A DNA stretch of 64,000 nucleotides from Myxococcota bacterium (GTDB taxonomy: Bacteria; Myxococcota; Kuafuiibacteriia; Kuafuiibacteriales; Kuafuiibacteriaceae): positions 279,950 through 343,949 of the forward strand of contig JBHJGZ010000009.1 of NCBI GenBank assembly GCA_050331295.1, in the 5' to 3' direction. Shown one piece after another: positions 8,484 through 16,909 of the stretch. The notes beneath the pieces were generated by a model that searched no databases, was not told the DNA's origin, and saw nothing but the letters and a program-made list of their open reading frames with translations. The position numbers and the translations under genes are program-made. Each line of letters starts with the position of its first letter. The first letter of the stretch is position 1.

Positions 8484-9401
8484 ATGACGGATCGAGTACG
8501 AGAGATTTTGGGCTGGTACGCGGGCGAGAACCCCGGCGTGCTGAACAACCTCGCCCGGCTGATGAACACCGGACGCCTGGCGGGCACGGGGAAAATGGTG
8601 ATCTTGCCGGTGGACCAGGGCTTCGAGCATGGCCCGGCCCGGTCCTTCGCGCCGAATCCGCCAGGTTACGACCCTCGCTATCACTTTCAGTTGGCGGTGG
8701 ATGCAGGATGCAATGCATATGCTGCCCCGCTCGGCTTCCTTCGGGCCGGAGCGGTGGAGTTCGCCGGCCGGATTCCGACCCTGTTGAAGCTCAACAACTC
8801 GGACAGCCTTTTCAAAGGCGAGGCTCCATGTCCTGCCGTCACGGGGAGCGTTCAGGACGCTCTGGAGCTGGGTTGCTCCGCGATTGGTTTCACCATCTAC
8901 CCCGGTTCCGCCGCTCGAAACGAAATGTACCAACAGATAGCTGAGCTCATTCAGGAAGCGCGAGCCGTTGGGCTGCCCACCGTGATTTGGTCCTACCCTC
9001 GGGGAACGGGGATTTCCAAAGATGGAGAGACGGCCATCGACGTGGTTGCGTACGGGGCTCAGATCGCTTGCCAGTTGGGCGCGCACATCGTGAAGGTCAA
9101 GCCGCCCACCGACCACATCGAGCAGAAGGAAGCGAAGAAGGTATACGACGCGCAGAACATCGACATTTCCAGCCTGAAAGCCCGTGTTGCACACGTGGTT
9201 CAGTCGTGCTTCGAAGGCCGCCGGATCGTGATTTTCTCCGGCGGCGGTACACGAGACACGGCAGGTCTGATCGCCGACGTCAAAGAGATCGCGGCGGGAG
9301 GCGCATTCGGATCCATCATGGGCCGGAACGCGTTTCAACGTCCCCGCGCCGAGGCCCTCGACCTGTTGAAGCAGGTCATTGACGCCTTCTTGGACGCCTG
9401 A
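8484..9401 (+). CDS. fbaB: class I fructose-bisphosphate aldolase (FbaB/DhnA type)
   Basis: 305 aa. [37 protein letters not shown] closely parallels E. coli FbaB ([22 protein letters not shown], from memory). Schiff-base Lys region AHIVKVKPP. Confidence 0.88.
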   Translation: [305 protein letters not shown]

Positions 9402-9454
9402 GCATTCTTGACCCTACAGCGTTGACCCCAGTCGTCTCCGAGACTGCAGCATCG

Positions 9455-10609
9455 ATGCGGCCCGCGGTGGAGGTAGGCTGGGTTCTCATCAAGCCGATGC
9501 ATCGGACCGACCGTGAGGCGGTGGCCGATGGACTCGAGAAGCTGAATGAGAGTCTGCAGCGGTGCTTCCCCCGCTTCGCTTTTCGCTTCAAGAAGGTTGG
9601 AGAATACTCGGTCTCGGACAGCGGCATCACCATCATCGAAGCCATGGAGCGCGGTGCTCGCGAGCGGGAATCGAAACGGCTGGATTTCGTCTTCCTCTTG
9701 ACGGGGTTGGACCTCAGAGCGGTCTACGGGCCATCCGCCATGGCGGCGACCTCTCAGACCATGGCGTGTGCCATCCTCTCCACGTACCGAATCGATCCCG
9801 AATACAGCGAGGGCATCTCCGGTTCGCCTGCGCGCACCGAGAGTTTGGTGCGACGACTCCAACACATGGGTCTTCACGCTTTCGCCCTCTTGAACGGCGT
9901 CCGTCTTCCGTCCGAAACGACGCCGGCCGACCCGCAAGCACTCGATGAGCCGGTGTCATGGACCGATGTGGAGCAAGACAAGCTGGCGTCCAATCTCGCT
10001 TTGGTGGCGGACCCTCGGGTCGAAGAGCAGGAACAGGTGACGGCGCTCGGATTCTATCTGCGGGCGCTTTGGGCACATCCCGGACAGGTCCTGAGCACTC
10101 TGGGGCAGTTCAGACCCTGGCTCTTGCCGTTCCGGATGTCCAGGCTGACGGCTGCGGCGTTTTCCGCCCTCCTCATCTTCATGGCGACAGCCGAGGTCTG
10201 GCAGCTGGGGCTGCGCCAACGCCTGCCTTCCGTATTCGCCATGTCGGCGACGGTCTGGCTCGGTACTTCGGCCTTCATCATCGTGCGCAACGACCTGTTC
10301 TCGATCCGCAGGATGCGTCGAAGTGAGCATTCCGTTCAACTTCAGACCAGTGTCACGCTGTTGATAACATTGGGCATGTTTACTTTGTACCTCTCGCTCT
10401 TCATCGTCTCGTTTACGGTCGGGCAGCTCCTGTACGCTCGTGCTCTTCTCGAGTCGTGGGCGCCATCCATCGGAGAGGTGACCTGGGTGCATCGGGTCCA
10501 GGTTTCAGGAATCGTGGCGTCGCTTGGGCTGTTGGTGGGGGCGCTCGGCGCGACCTTTGAAGCGCAGACCTACTTTCGCCACGTCGCAAAGGTTGATGCC
10601 GAGTTCTGA
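9455..10609 (+). CDS. membrane protein: N-terminal archaemetzincin-like (HMGLH) domain plus about 4 TM helices
   Basis: Track ORF 9422 (TTG)-10609; ATG 9455 is an alternative start. The C-terminal half contains hydrophobic helices (AAAFSALLIFMATAEVW, FAMSATVWLGTSAFIIV, VTLLITLGMFTLYLSLFIVSF, IVASLGLLVGALGATF). The N-terminal domain aligns by eye to the 293-865 product. Confidence 0.6.
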   Translation: MRPAVEVGWVLIKPMHRTDREAVADGLEKLNESLQRCFPRFAFRFKKVGEYSVSDSGITIIEAMERGARERESKRLDFVFLLTGLDLRAVYGPSAMAATSQTMACAILSTYRIDPEYSEGISGSPARTESLVRRLQHMGLHAFALLNGVRLPSETTPADPQALDEPVSWTDVEQDKLASNLALVADPRVEEQEQVTALGFYLRALWAHPGQVLSTLGQFRPWLLPFRMSRLTAAAFSALLIFMATAEVWQLGLRQRLPSVFAMSATVWLGTSAFIIVRNDLFSIRRMRRSEHSVQLQTSVTLLITLGMFTLYLSLFIVSFTVGQLLYARALLESWAPSIGEVTWVHRVQVSGIVASLGLLVGALGATFEAQTYFRHVAKVDAEF

Positions 10610-10635
10610 TCGGGGAAGGGAGGCGGTCGATTGAG

Positions 10636-11397
10636 CTATTGTTCCGCCTCTGGTTCCACCGCACCCGTCACCGGGTTCGCCTCGTAGACGCGCTCACCGT
10701 TGATGGTGATCAAGGGCGGGCCGTCGGCTTGAAAGGCCACCTCCGCGGTAGCGTCGAAGCTGGCAACCACGTCCCTGAAGTCGGTTGTGCGAGTGCGATC
10801 TGCGGCGACGGCATGGGTAAAGGTACCGCCCGTGAAGCGGTCGATGGATGCATCGAACACGGCGTCGTTCGCTTGCGTGTCGTGGACCATGATGTAGGTA
10901 CGCATGTCATTCCGATTGAGCGCCTCGAACTCGGTATTGAAAGTGCCATTGGCCTGGCCATTGATGACGAACAAGTCCTCTCCGTCCCAGTCGACCGACC
11001 ATTGACCTTCGCGTTCGAGGTCAGCTGACCGTCGCGGGGAGGCCCAGCTCCCGACTACCGCGAGAGCCACCTCGGCACTTCGGGCCGACGGGCCGCACGT
11101 TTCGAGGACCTCGCCGTCGGCGTCGAAGCAAGTGATCGCGTACTCGTAGGAGAGCGTGCCTCGGGTTCGGGTGAAGACTCCGCTCCCATCTTCTGAGAAC
11201 GAGGATGGAAGCGCTCCCTCCATCAGGGCAGCGATGTCGGTTGCGGCGTCGGATTCGCCTCCATCCTCGAACGTCAGCGCGCTCACGGTCTGTGCGACGT
11301 CGTCGGACTCGGCTTCGGAGAGTTCCTCGGAGCCGCAGGCGATGAGGGCTACGGCCAAAAAGGGGGTGCAAGAAAGAGTGATGTGTTGGGTCTTCAT
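10636..11397 (-). CDS. hypothetical lipoprotein
   Basis: Track ORF 10636-11469. ATG 11397 gives MKTQHITLSCTPFLAVALIACGSEE with a lipobox (LIAC). Acidic mature protein. No family recognised. Confidence 0.6.
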   Translation of the reverse strand: MKTQHITLSCTPFLAVALIACGSEELSEAESDDVAQTVSALTFEDGGESDAATDIAALMEGALPSSFSEDGSGVFTRTRGTLSYEYAITCFDADGEVLETCGPSARSAEVALAVVGSWASPRRSADLEREGQWSVDWDGEDLFVINGQANGTFNTEFEALNRNDMRTYIMVHDTQANDAVFDASIDRFTGGTFTHAVAADRTRTTDFRDVVASFDATAEVAFQADGPPLITINGERVYEANPVTGAVEPEAEQ

Positions 11398-11452
11398 GGT
11401 GCTTCGAGCAACCCAAAATGGACCGAAAGGTTTCGAAGAGGACCGAAAAAAG

Positions 11453-12265
11453 TCAGCGGCCCGAGCCACGACGCCGATACCACTGCAGGAATCCGACGAA
11501 TCGAGGTCCCAAGGCTCGTTTCAGACGGTAGATGGCTCGTGCATCCGGCTGTGGGATGACGTAGAGCCGACCACTCTCCAAACCGGAGAGGGCGTCCATC
11601 GCGACGCGTTCTGCCGTCCATTGCGCGCCATCGATGAGCTTCTTGGACATGCGCTGCAAACGGTCTGAGGTCACCCGTGTGCGCTGACTCAACTGGGAGC
11701 GGAAAAAGGTCGGACAGAGAACGGTGGCGGTGATGCCTTCGGTTTTCAGCTCGGCGCCCATTGTTTCCGTGAGTGAGATGACAGCCGCCTTGCTCACACT
11801 GTAGGGACCCATCTCCGGCGCCGACGCGAAGCCCGCGGCTGAAGCCACGTTCAGGATGAATCCGCTGCGCTGCCGGCGCATTCCAGGAACGAAGAGATGG
11901 CATCCGTAGATGACCCCCCGTAGGTTGACGTCCAGCTGCCAGAGCCAGTCTTCGATGGGGACCTCACCGATCCGTCCCAGCACCGCCACGCCCGCGTTGT
12001 TGACCAGAATGTCGAGGCCGCCCATTCGGTCTGACACCGACGACTCCAGTCGCTTCCAGTCTGCCCAGCGACCGACGTCGGCCACGGTTCCGTACCAGAC
12101 GCCGCCTGCGCTTCGCACCTGACCGCCGGTTTCCTCCAGAAGGCTCTCGTCTAGATCGGTGCCCACCACTCGGGCACCTCGCCGAGCCAGGCTCACGGAG
12201 ATCGCCCGACCCAGGCCTGACCCTGCCCCGGTGACCAAGACCCGGGGTGCTTTGGGGAATGGCAT
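11453..12265 (-). CDS. SDR family oxidoreductase
   Basis: Track ORF 11453-12367. ATG 12265 gives MPFPKAPRVLVTGAGSGLGRAISV (TGxxxGxG). Also NNAG and catalytic YSVSKAAV (YxxxK). Confidence 0.85.
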   Translation of the reverse strand: MPFPKAPRVLVTGAGSGLGRAISVSLARRGARVVGTDLDESLLEETGGQVRSAGGVWYGTVADVGRWADWKRLESSVSDRMGGLDILVNNAGVAVLGRIGEVPIEDWLWQLDVNLRGVIYGCHLFVPGMRRQRSGFILNVASAAGFASAPEMGPYSVSKAAVISLTETMGAELKTEGITATVLCPTFFRSQLSQRTRVTSDRLQRMSKKLIDGAQWTAERVAMDALSGLESGRLYVIPQPDARAIYRLKRALGPRFVGFLQWYRRRGSGR

Positions 12266-12396
12266 GGAACGGCCCCTACTCGAGGTGGGGCGCGACGTCG
12301 AACCGCATCGACGCCGGGGATCACTGGACATCGGTCTGCGCGCTGCATCCAGAATCCAGGGGTGCATCGAAACGGTGAGGGACCCTCCATTAACCC

Positions 12397-14655
12397 ATGA
12401 GCGCTGACCGATTTGTTTTCCTTTCGCTCTTCGCCTCGCTGAGTCTGGCTGTGAGCTGTTCGGTCGTCACGACGGGGCTCCCGGAGCCCACGTCGGTGGC
12501 GGAACGGGTGGGTCAGTTTCCGACGACCGGTTTACCGCTTCGTGCCTCCGCCACGGTTCGTTTCGACGAACACTTGATCCCGTTCGTCAGTGCTCAAAAT
12601 GAAGATGATCTCGCGTTCCTGATCGGACTGACCCACGCCCACCTTCGCGCCGGGCAGATCGAGCTGGTGCGTCAGATCTCTCAAGGCCGGATCGCTCGTT
12701 TGGCCGGACCCTTTGCGGCTGACATCGACCACACCATCCGCTTGCTCGGCTTCGACCGAGCCGTGGACCAGATCTGGGAAGACCTGCCGGCCGCGACTCG
12801 AGCGTGGCTCGAGAGGTATGTCGAGGGTCTCAACTTTGGGTTGGCTCACCTGAAAGTTCGGCCTCACGAGTTCGAACTATTGGGCCTCGAACCGGAGCCG
12901 TTCGACGTTAAGGACATTTTGATTATCGGACGTCTCGCGGCTGCTGACGTCAACTGGCTTCGCTTGCCGGCATTGATGGCCCTGAAGGATGCGCCGCAGT
13001 GGTCTCGGATCTTCGCGGCCCTCGGTGACGGAGAGGGGCTGACGTCTCATCCATCGTTTCGGGCCGATGTTCTGGAGCGGACGTTGTTGCCGTACGGCAA
13101 GGCGGGCAGCAACGCCTTCGTGCTGTCTGGACGTCGAACGAGCTCGGGCAAGCCCCTTCTGGCCAACGATCCGCACCTCGGCCTTCAGCTGCCGAATTTT
13201 TGGGTCATCATGGGCTGGTCGATGCCTGGCGTTCGGGCGGTCGGCCTTTCAATCCCCGGACTACCGGTGCTGGCCGTAGGTCGCACCGAACACATCGCTT
13301 GGGGAGGCACGAACATGCAGTCGGCCAGCAGCGACCTGGTGGAGGTTTCAACCGACGAAATCGTCACCCGACGGGAGCCCCTGTCGGTCCGATGGTGGTT
13401 CGACCGCACCCTCGAACTCCGAGAGGGACCGGAAGGTCCGATCATCTCGGATGCGCCCCTCTTTCAGTTGGGAGAGAAGCCTCTGCAACTCCGCTGGATG
13501 GGACATCGCGCCAGCGATGAGATCACGCCTCTCCTGAGGGTTCTCCGGGTGCGAACATTCGACGAGTTCCGGGCCGCCTTTTCCAGTTGGTCAGTATCCG
13601 GCCAGAACTTCCTCTACGCCGATGCCGATGGGACCATCGGTCAGGTGATGGCGGTTCGGGTGCCGGTCCGGGAGCAAGCTCTCTTGTCATCGGTCACCCG
13701 ACGCGATCCGTGGACCGATACGGTCACGGCCACGGACCTTCCGGCGATTCAAAATCCAGAGGCAGGATACATCGCATCGTCGAACAATCGACCCGCTTCG
13801 GGGGGAGTTCCGGTCGGATATGCGTTCGCGGCCAACGACCGGATTCGACGTCTGCACGAGATACTGGGCGAAGATGTCGTGTTTGGGCCATCCGATGCCA
13901 TGCTCATCCAACGGGACACCGTCATTCCCAGCTCTCGGGATTTCGCCCGCTGGGTGTGTACTCGAGTTCAGGAGCCGTCTGACCCCGTTCTCGTCGCGAT
14001 TTGTGCTTGGGATGGTTCGTACCGGCGAGATTCGGAAGGCGCTCTCGCTTTCGAGCTCCTCCTCTTTCATTTGGTGGAGGCCGTTCTCGATCCCGACCTC
14101 GCCCCTCTCAAGCGATTGGCCGTGTTTCGCTCCTTTGCCATTCGATCCGTCAAGGCGAGTGCCGACCCGGCGACGGCCTTGCGGGATGCGGCCCAGCACG
14201 CAGGTCGAGCCTTCTCGAAATTCGGGAGGTGGGGGCAGATGCACCGCCTCCAGGTTGCCCATCTGTTTGGTCCGGTCCCTGTGTTGGGCGGTCGGTACCA
14301 GATCGGAAACTTTCCCGCCGATGGAGGTGCACACTCGCTGTTGAAGTCCGCTCACGTCCTCACCGACGAGAAGCACAATACGACCTACGGGGCGCAATCT
14401 CGATTCATCGCGGACCTCTCGGATGAAGACGCCAACTGGTTCGTGTTGCTGGGAGGTCAGGACGGACATCTGAGGAGCGACGCTTTCGCTGACCAGTTGC
14501 CGTTATGGCGGGAGGGACGCTACATCAAGATTCCGCTTCGGCCGGAGTCGGTGCAGGCTCACTTTACAAGGGTCTTGAGGCTGCAAGGGGACCCGTCCGC
14601 TCCGGACAGGACGGTGCCTCACCACGATGCCGAGCCAGCGGCAGGATCACCTTGA
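12397..14655 (+). CDS. penicillin acylase family Ntn-hydrolase (possible acyl-homoserine-lactone acylase), lipoprotein
   Basis: 752 aa. Signal/lipobox SLSLAVSC. Autoprocessing nucleophile context GKAGSNAFVLSGRRTSSGKPLLANDPHL. GGTNMQSASSDL. Confidence 0.88.
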   Translation: MSADRFVFLSLFASLSLAVSCSVVTTGLPEPTSVAERVGQFPTTGLPLRASATVRFDEHLIPFVSAQNEDDLAFLIGLTHAHLRAGQIELVRQISQGRIARLAGPFAADIDHTIRLLGFDRAVDQIWEDLPAATRAWLERYVEGLNFGLAHLKVRPHEFELLGLEPEPFDVKDILIIGRLAAADVNWLRLPALMALKDAPQWSRIFAALGDGEGLTSHPSFRADVLERTLLPYGKAGSNAFVLSGRRTSSGKPLLANDPHLGLQLPNFWVIMGWSMPGVRAVGLSIPGLPVLAVGRTEHIAWGGTNMQSASSDLVEVSTDEIVTRREPLSVRWWFDRTLELREGPEGPIISDAPLFQLGEKPLQLRWMGHRASDEITPLLRVLRVRTFDEFRAAFSSWSVSGQNFLYADADGTIGQVMAVRVPVREQALLSSVTRRDPWTDTVTATDLPAIQNPEAGYIASSNNRPASGGVPVGYAFAANDRIRRLHEILGEDVVFGPSDAMLIQRDTVIPSSRDFARWVCTRVQEPSDPVLVAICAWDGSYRRDSEGALAFELLLFHLVEAVLDPDLAPLKRLAVFRSFAIRSVKASADPATALRDAAQHAGRAFSKFGRWGQMHRLQVAHLFGPVPVLGGRYQIGNFPADGGAHSLLKSAHVLTDEKHNTTYGAQSRFIADLSDEDANWFVLLGGQDGHLRSDAFADQLPLWREGRYIKIPLRPESVQAHFTRVLRLQGDPSAPDRTVPHHDAEPAAGSP

Positions 14656-14687
14656 CCTCACAGCTTCGAAGCGCGTTCGTCGCATCC

Positions 14688-16232
14688 GTGTTGAGCGGTT
14701 TTGTCCTCACCCGAGAAGAGATGCAGGCTGCCGACCGCTGGACCATCGACGAGCTGGGGCTTCCTTCTCTGGTATTGATGGAGGTCGCGGGTCGTGCGGT
14801 CTCGGACGCGGCGCTGCGACTTGGTGCCGGTCGACCGGTGTTGGCCGTGGCAGGCACCGGCAACAACGGAGCGGATGCCTTGGTCGCCGCCCGTCATCTC
14901 GCGGAAGCAGGCCAGACTGTGCATGCCCTCGTCATCGGCTCCGATGATCGCATGACCCGAGATTCCATCCAGCAGCAAGCATTCCTCCGCCGGCTCGGGA
15001 TACGGATGGATCGTGTGGAGACTCGGATGGCCGAAGCCGAGGTGTGCCGTGCCTTGGCCTCGACACCGCTGGTCGTGGATGGGGTCTTTGGGACGGGGCT
15101 GTCGAGGCCTCCGGAGGGCCCGCTGGCCGCGGTCCTTCACCGATTGGCTCGTGCATCGGTCCCGCTCGTCTCGGTCGATATTCCCTCTGGCGTGGATGCC
15201 AACACCGGCCAGGCTCATGGACCCGCGGTGGCCGCCGACGTGACAGTGACCTTTCAGTTTCCCAAGCTGGGACACGTTCTGCATCCGGGGCGTGACCTTG
15301 CAGGAAGGCTTCATGTCGCGGACATCGGCATACCCGGTCGGGTGCTTCGTCGGATTCGGCCCCTGGCCGACGTGATCGCCCCTGTACACCCGCAAGCTCG
15401 CGCTTCGACCGCCCACAAGGGCACCTTCGGTCATGTCCTCGTGGTGGCCGGGGCGCCGGACAAGCCCGGTTCTGCGCTCCTGATGGCGCGAGGTGCCCAG
15501 TGCGTGGGTGCTGGACTGGTGACCGTGGGCGGGGTGGAGGAAACGGTCCGGCGGCTCGCCCCAAACTTCGGTTCACTGATGGGCGTCCGTCTGGGGCGAG
15601 GATGGGTGGCGGTCGAACGACTGGCCCGAGAGGCGGTCGAGCGCACCGTGACGGTGATCGGTCCTTCGCTTCCCGGAGACGCTCGAACCGAGAAGCTGTT
15701 GCGGGAGGCCTTCGGACCGGAAGCTCCCGCGGAAGGGGTTCGATTGGTCCTGGATGCAGGCGCTCTACGCGGCCTGGAAGATGGAAAGCGCCCCGACGGA
15801 TGGGTGCGGCGTCGTTCTGGGCCGACCATTCTCACGCCGCACCCTGGCGAAATGGCGGCCCTGCTGGACGCGTCGGTGGCCGAGGTTCAAGGCGACCGAG
15901 TCGGGGCGGCCCGTCGGTTCAGTTCCGCGTGCGGTTCGACGGTGGTCCTCAAAGGCGCGTCGACCCTGGTCGCGGAGCCCAGCGGAAGGGTCGGAGTTTG
16001 CCTGGGAGGAAATCCAGGCATGGGCACGGCCGGCGCGGGGGATGTTCTGGCCGGCATGGTGGCCGGGATCTGGGCCCAAGGTTGCACCCCTGGCGAAGCC
16101 GCGCGAGCCGGAGTGTGGCTACACGCCGCGGCCGGAGATGAGAGCGCGGCACGGTTCGGTCAAAGCGCGACCTCGGCGGAGTCGATCCTCGAAGCGCTGC
16201 GGCAAGGAGAGCCCGCCCATGGCCAGCCCTGA
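14688..16232 (+). CDS. nnr: bifunctional NAD(P)H-hydrate repair enzyme Nnr (epimerase/ADP-dependent dehydratase)
   Basis: Track ORF 14505-16232. Candidate starts are GTG 14688 or TTG 14652, which overlaps the upstream stop. YjeF-N: LTREEMQAADRWTIDELGLPSLVLMEVAG and GTGNNGADALVAARHL. Dehydratase: HKGTFGHVLVVAG and GMGTAGAGDVLAG. Confidence 0.9.
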   Translation: MLSGFVLTREEMQAADRWTIDELGLPSLVLMEVAGRAVSDAALRLGAGRPVLAVAGTGNNGADALVAARHLAEAGQTVHALVIGSDDRMTRDSIQQQAFLRRLGIRMDRVETRMAEAEVCRALASTPLVVDGVFGTGLSRPPEGPLAAVLHRLARASVPLVSVDIPSGVDANTGQAHGPAVAADVTVTFQFPKLGHVLHPGRDLAGRLHVADIGIPGRVLRRIRPLADVIAPVHPQARASTAHKGTFGHVLVVAGAPDKPGSALLMARGAQCVGAGLVTVGGVEETVRRLAPNFGSLMGVRLGRGWVAVERLAREAVERTVTVIGPSLPGDARTEKLLREAFGPEAPAEGVRLVLDAGALRGLEDGKRPDGWVRRRSGPTILTPHPGEMAALLDASVAEVQGDRVGAARRFSSACGSTVVLKGASTLVAEPSGRVGVCLGGNPGMGTAGAGDVLAGMVAGIWAQGCTPGEAARAGVWLHAAAGDESAARFGQSATSAESILEALRQGEPAHGQP

Positions 16233-16713
16233 TTCCATCTCTTTGGATGAGCCCGGCTTGGTTCATTTGGCCGGCGCGATGGCCCGTCATTTCGCCCATC
16301 GAATGGCGCCGAACGATACGGTCTTCATCGGACTGTCAGGGGATTTAGGTGTAGGGAAAACTACGTTCGTCCGCGGATTCGTGTCCGGTCTTTCGGCCGA
16401 GGCAGGTCTCGACGTGACGTCGCCGACTTTCGCCCTCGTGCATCGATATGAGTGTTCTCCGCCGGTGTGGCACTTGGACCTGTATCGGCTCGCCCCCGAC
16501 GACCTGATGGAACTCGGTCCGGACGAGCTGTTTTACCAGCCGGGCTTCGTTCTGGTGGAGTGGGCCGAGCGCGCTGCTGCCGTCTGTCCGCGTGACCGGG
16601 TCGAGCTCGACCTGACGGTGGAATCGGATGAGAGACGGACCCTGAAGTGGGGTGTTCCGGAAGGGTGGAGGAGCGAGGCTCTGCTGGCCGCCTTACGGAC
16701 TGCGTCGGATTGA
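16219..16713 (+). CDS. tsaE: tRNA t6A37 biosynthesis ATPase TsaE
   Basis: In track ORF 15754-16713. ATG 16219 overlaps the nnr end by 14 nt. P-loop GLSGDLGVGKTTFVRG, TSPTFALVHRY, HLDLYRL. Confidence 0.9.
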   Translation: MASPDSISLDEPGLVHLAGAMARHFAHRMAPNDTVFIGLSGDLGVGKTTFVRGFVSGLSAEAGLDVTSPTFALVHRYECSPPVWHLDLYRLAPDDLMELGPDELFYQPGFVLVEWAERAAAVCPRDRVELDLTVESDERRTLKWGVPEGWRSEALLAALRTASD

Positions 16714-16909
16714 AGCGTCGGCTTCCCGAGGAATCGAAGGGGCGACCGCGGGGTCGCAACCTGCGCTCGACCGACCACAAACCGGCGGGACGAACGCCCG
16801 ACGGGACGTTTGGTGCGATCCGTTCGCGCCGCGAGACGGCTTGCGGATCAGGTCGACAGGCTGGGCTGAATCTAGTAGGGACCGCATTCCCAATCAAAGC
16901 AGGGCCTTC

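Noticed and set aside
14505-14687. Long N-terminal extension of nnr (ORF opens at 14505) and analogous upstream extensions of other ORFs (107, 2254, 2969, 8587, 11469, 12367, 15754, 16652, 28141, 35869, 38413, 38466, 51081, 51298, 63509)
   Set aside because: The extensions overlap the preceding gene or a divergent gene and are Arg/Pro-rich. They also precede the conserved N-terminus of the family. Internal starts, often with an RBS or lipobox, fit better.
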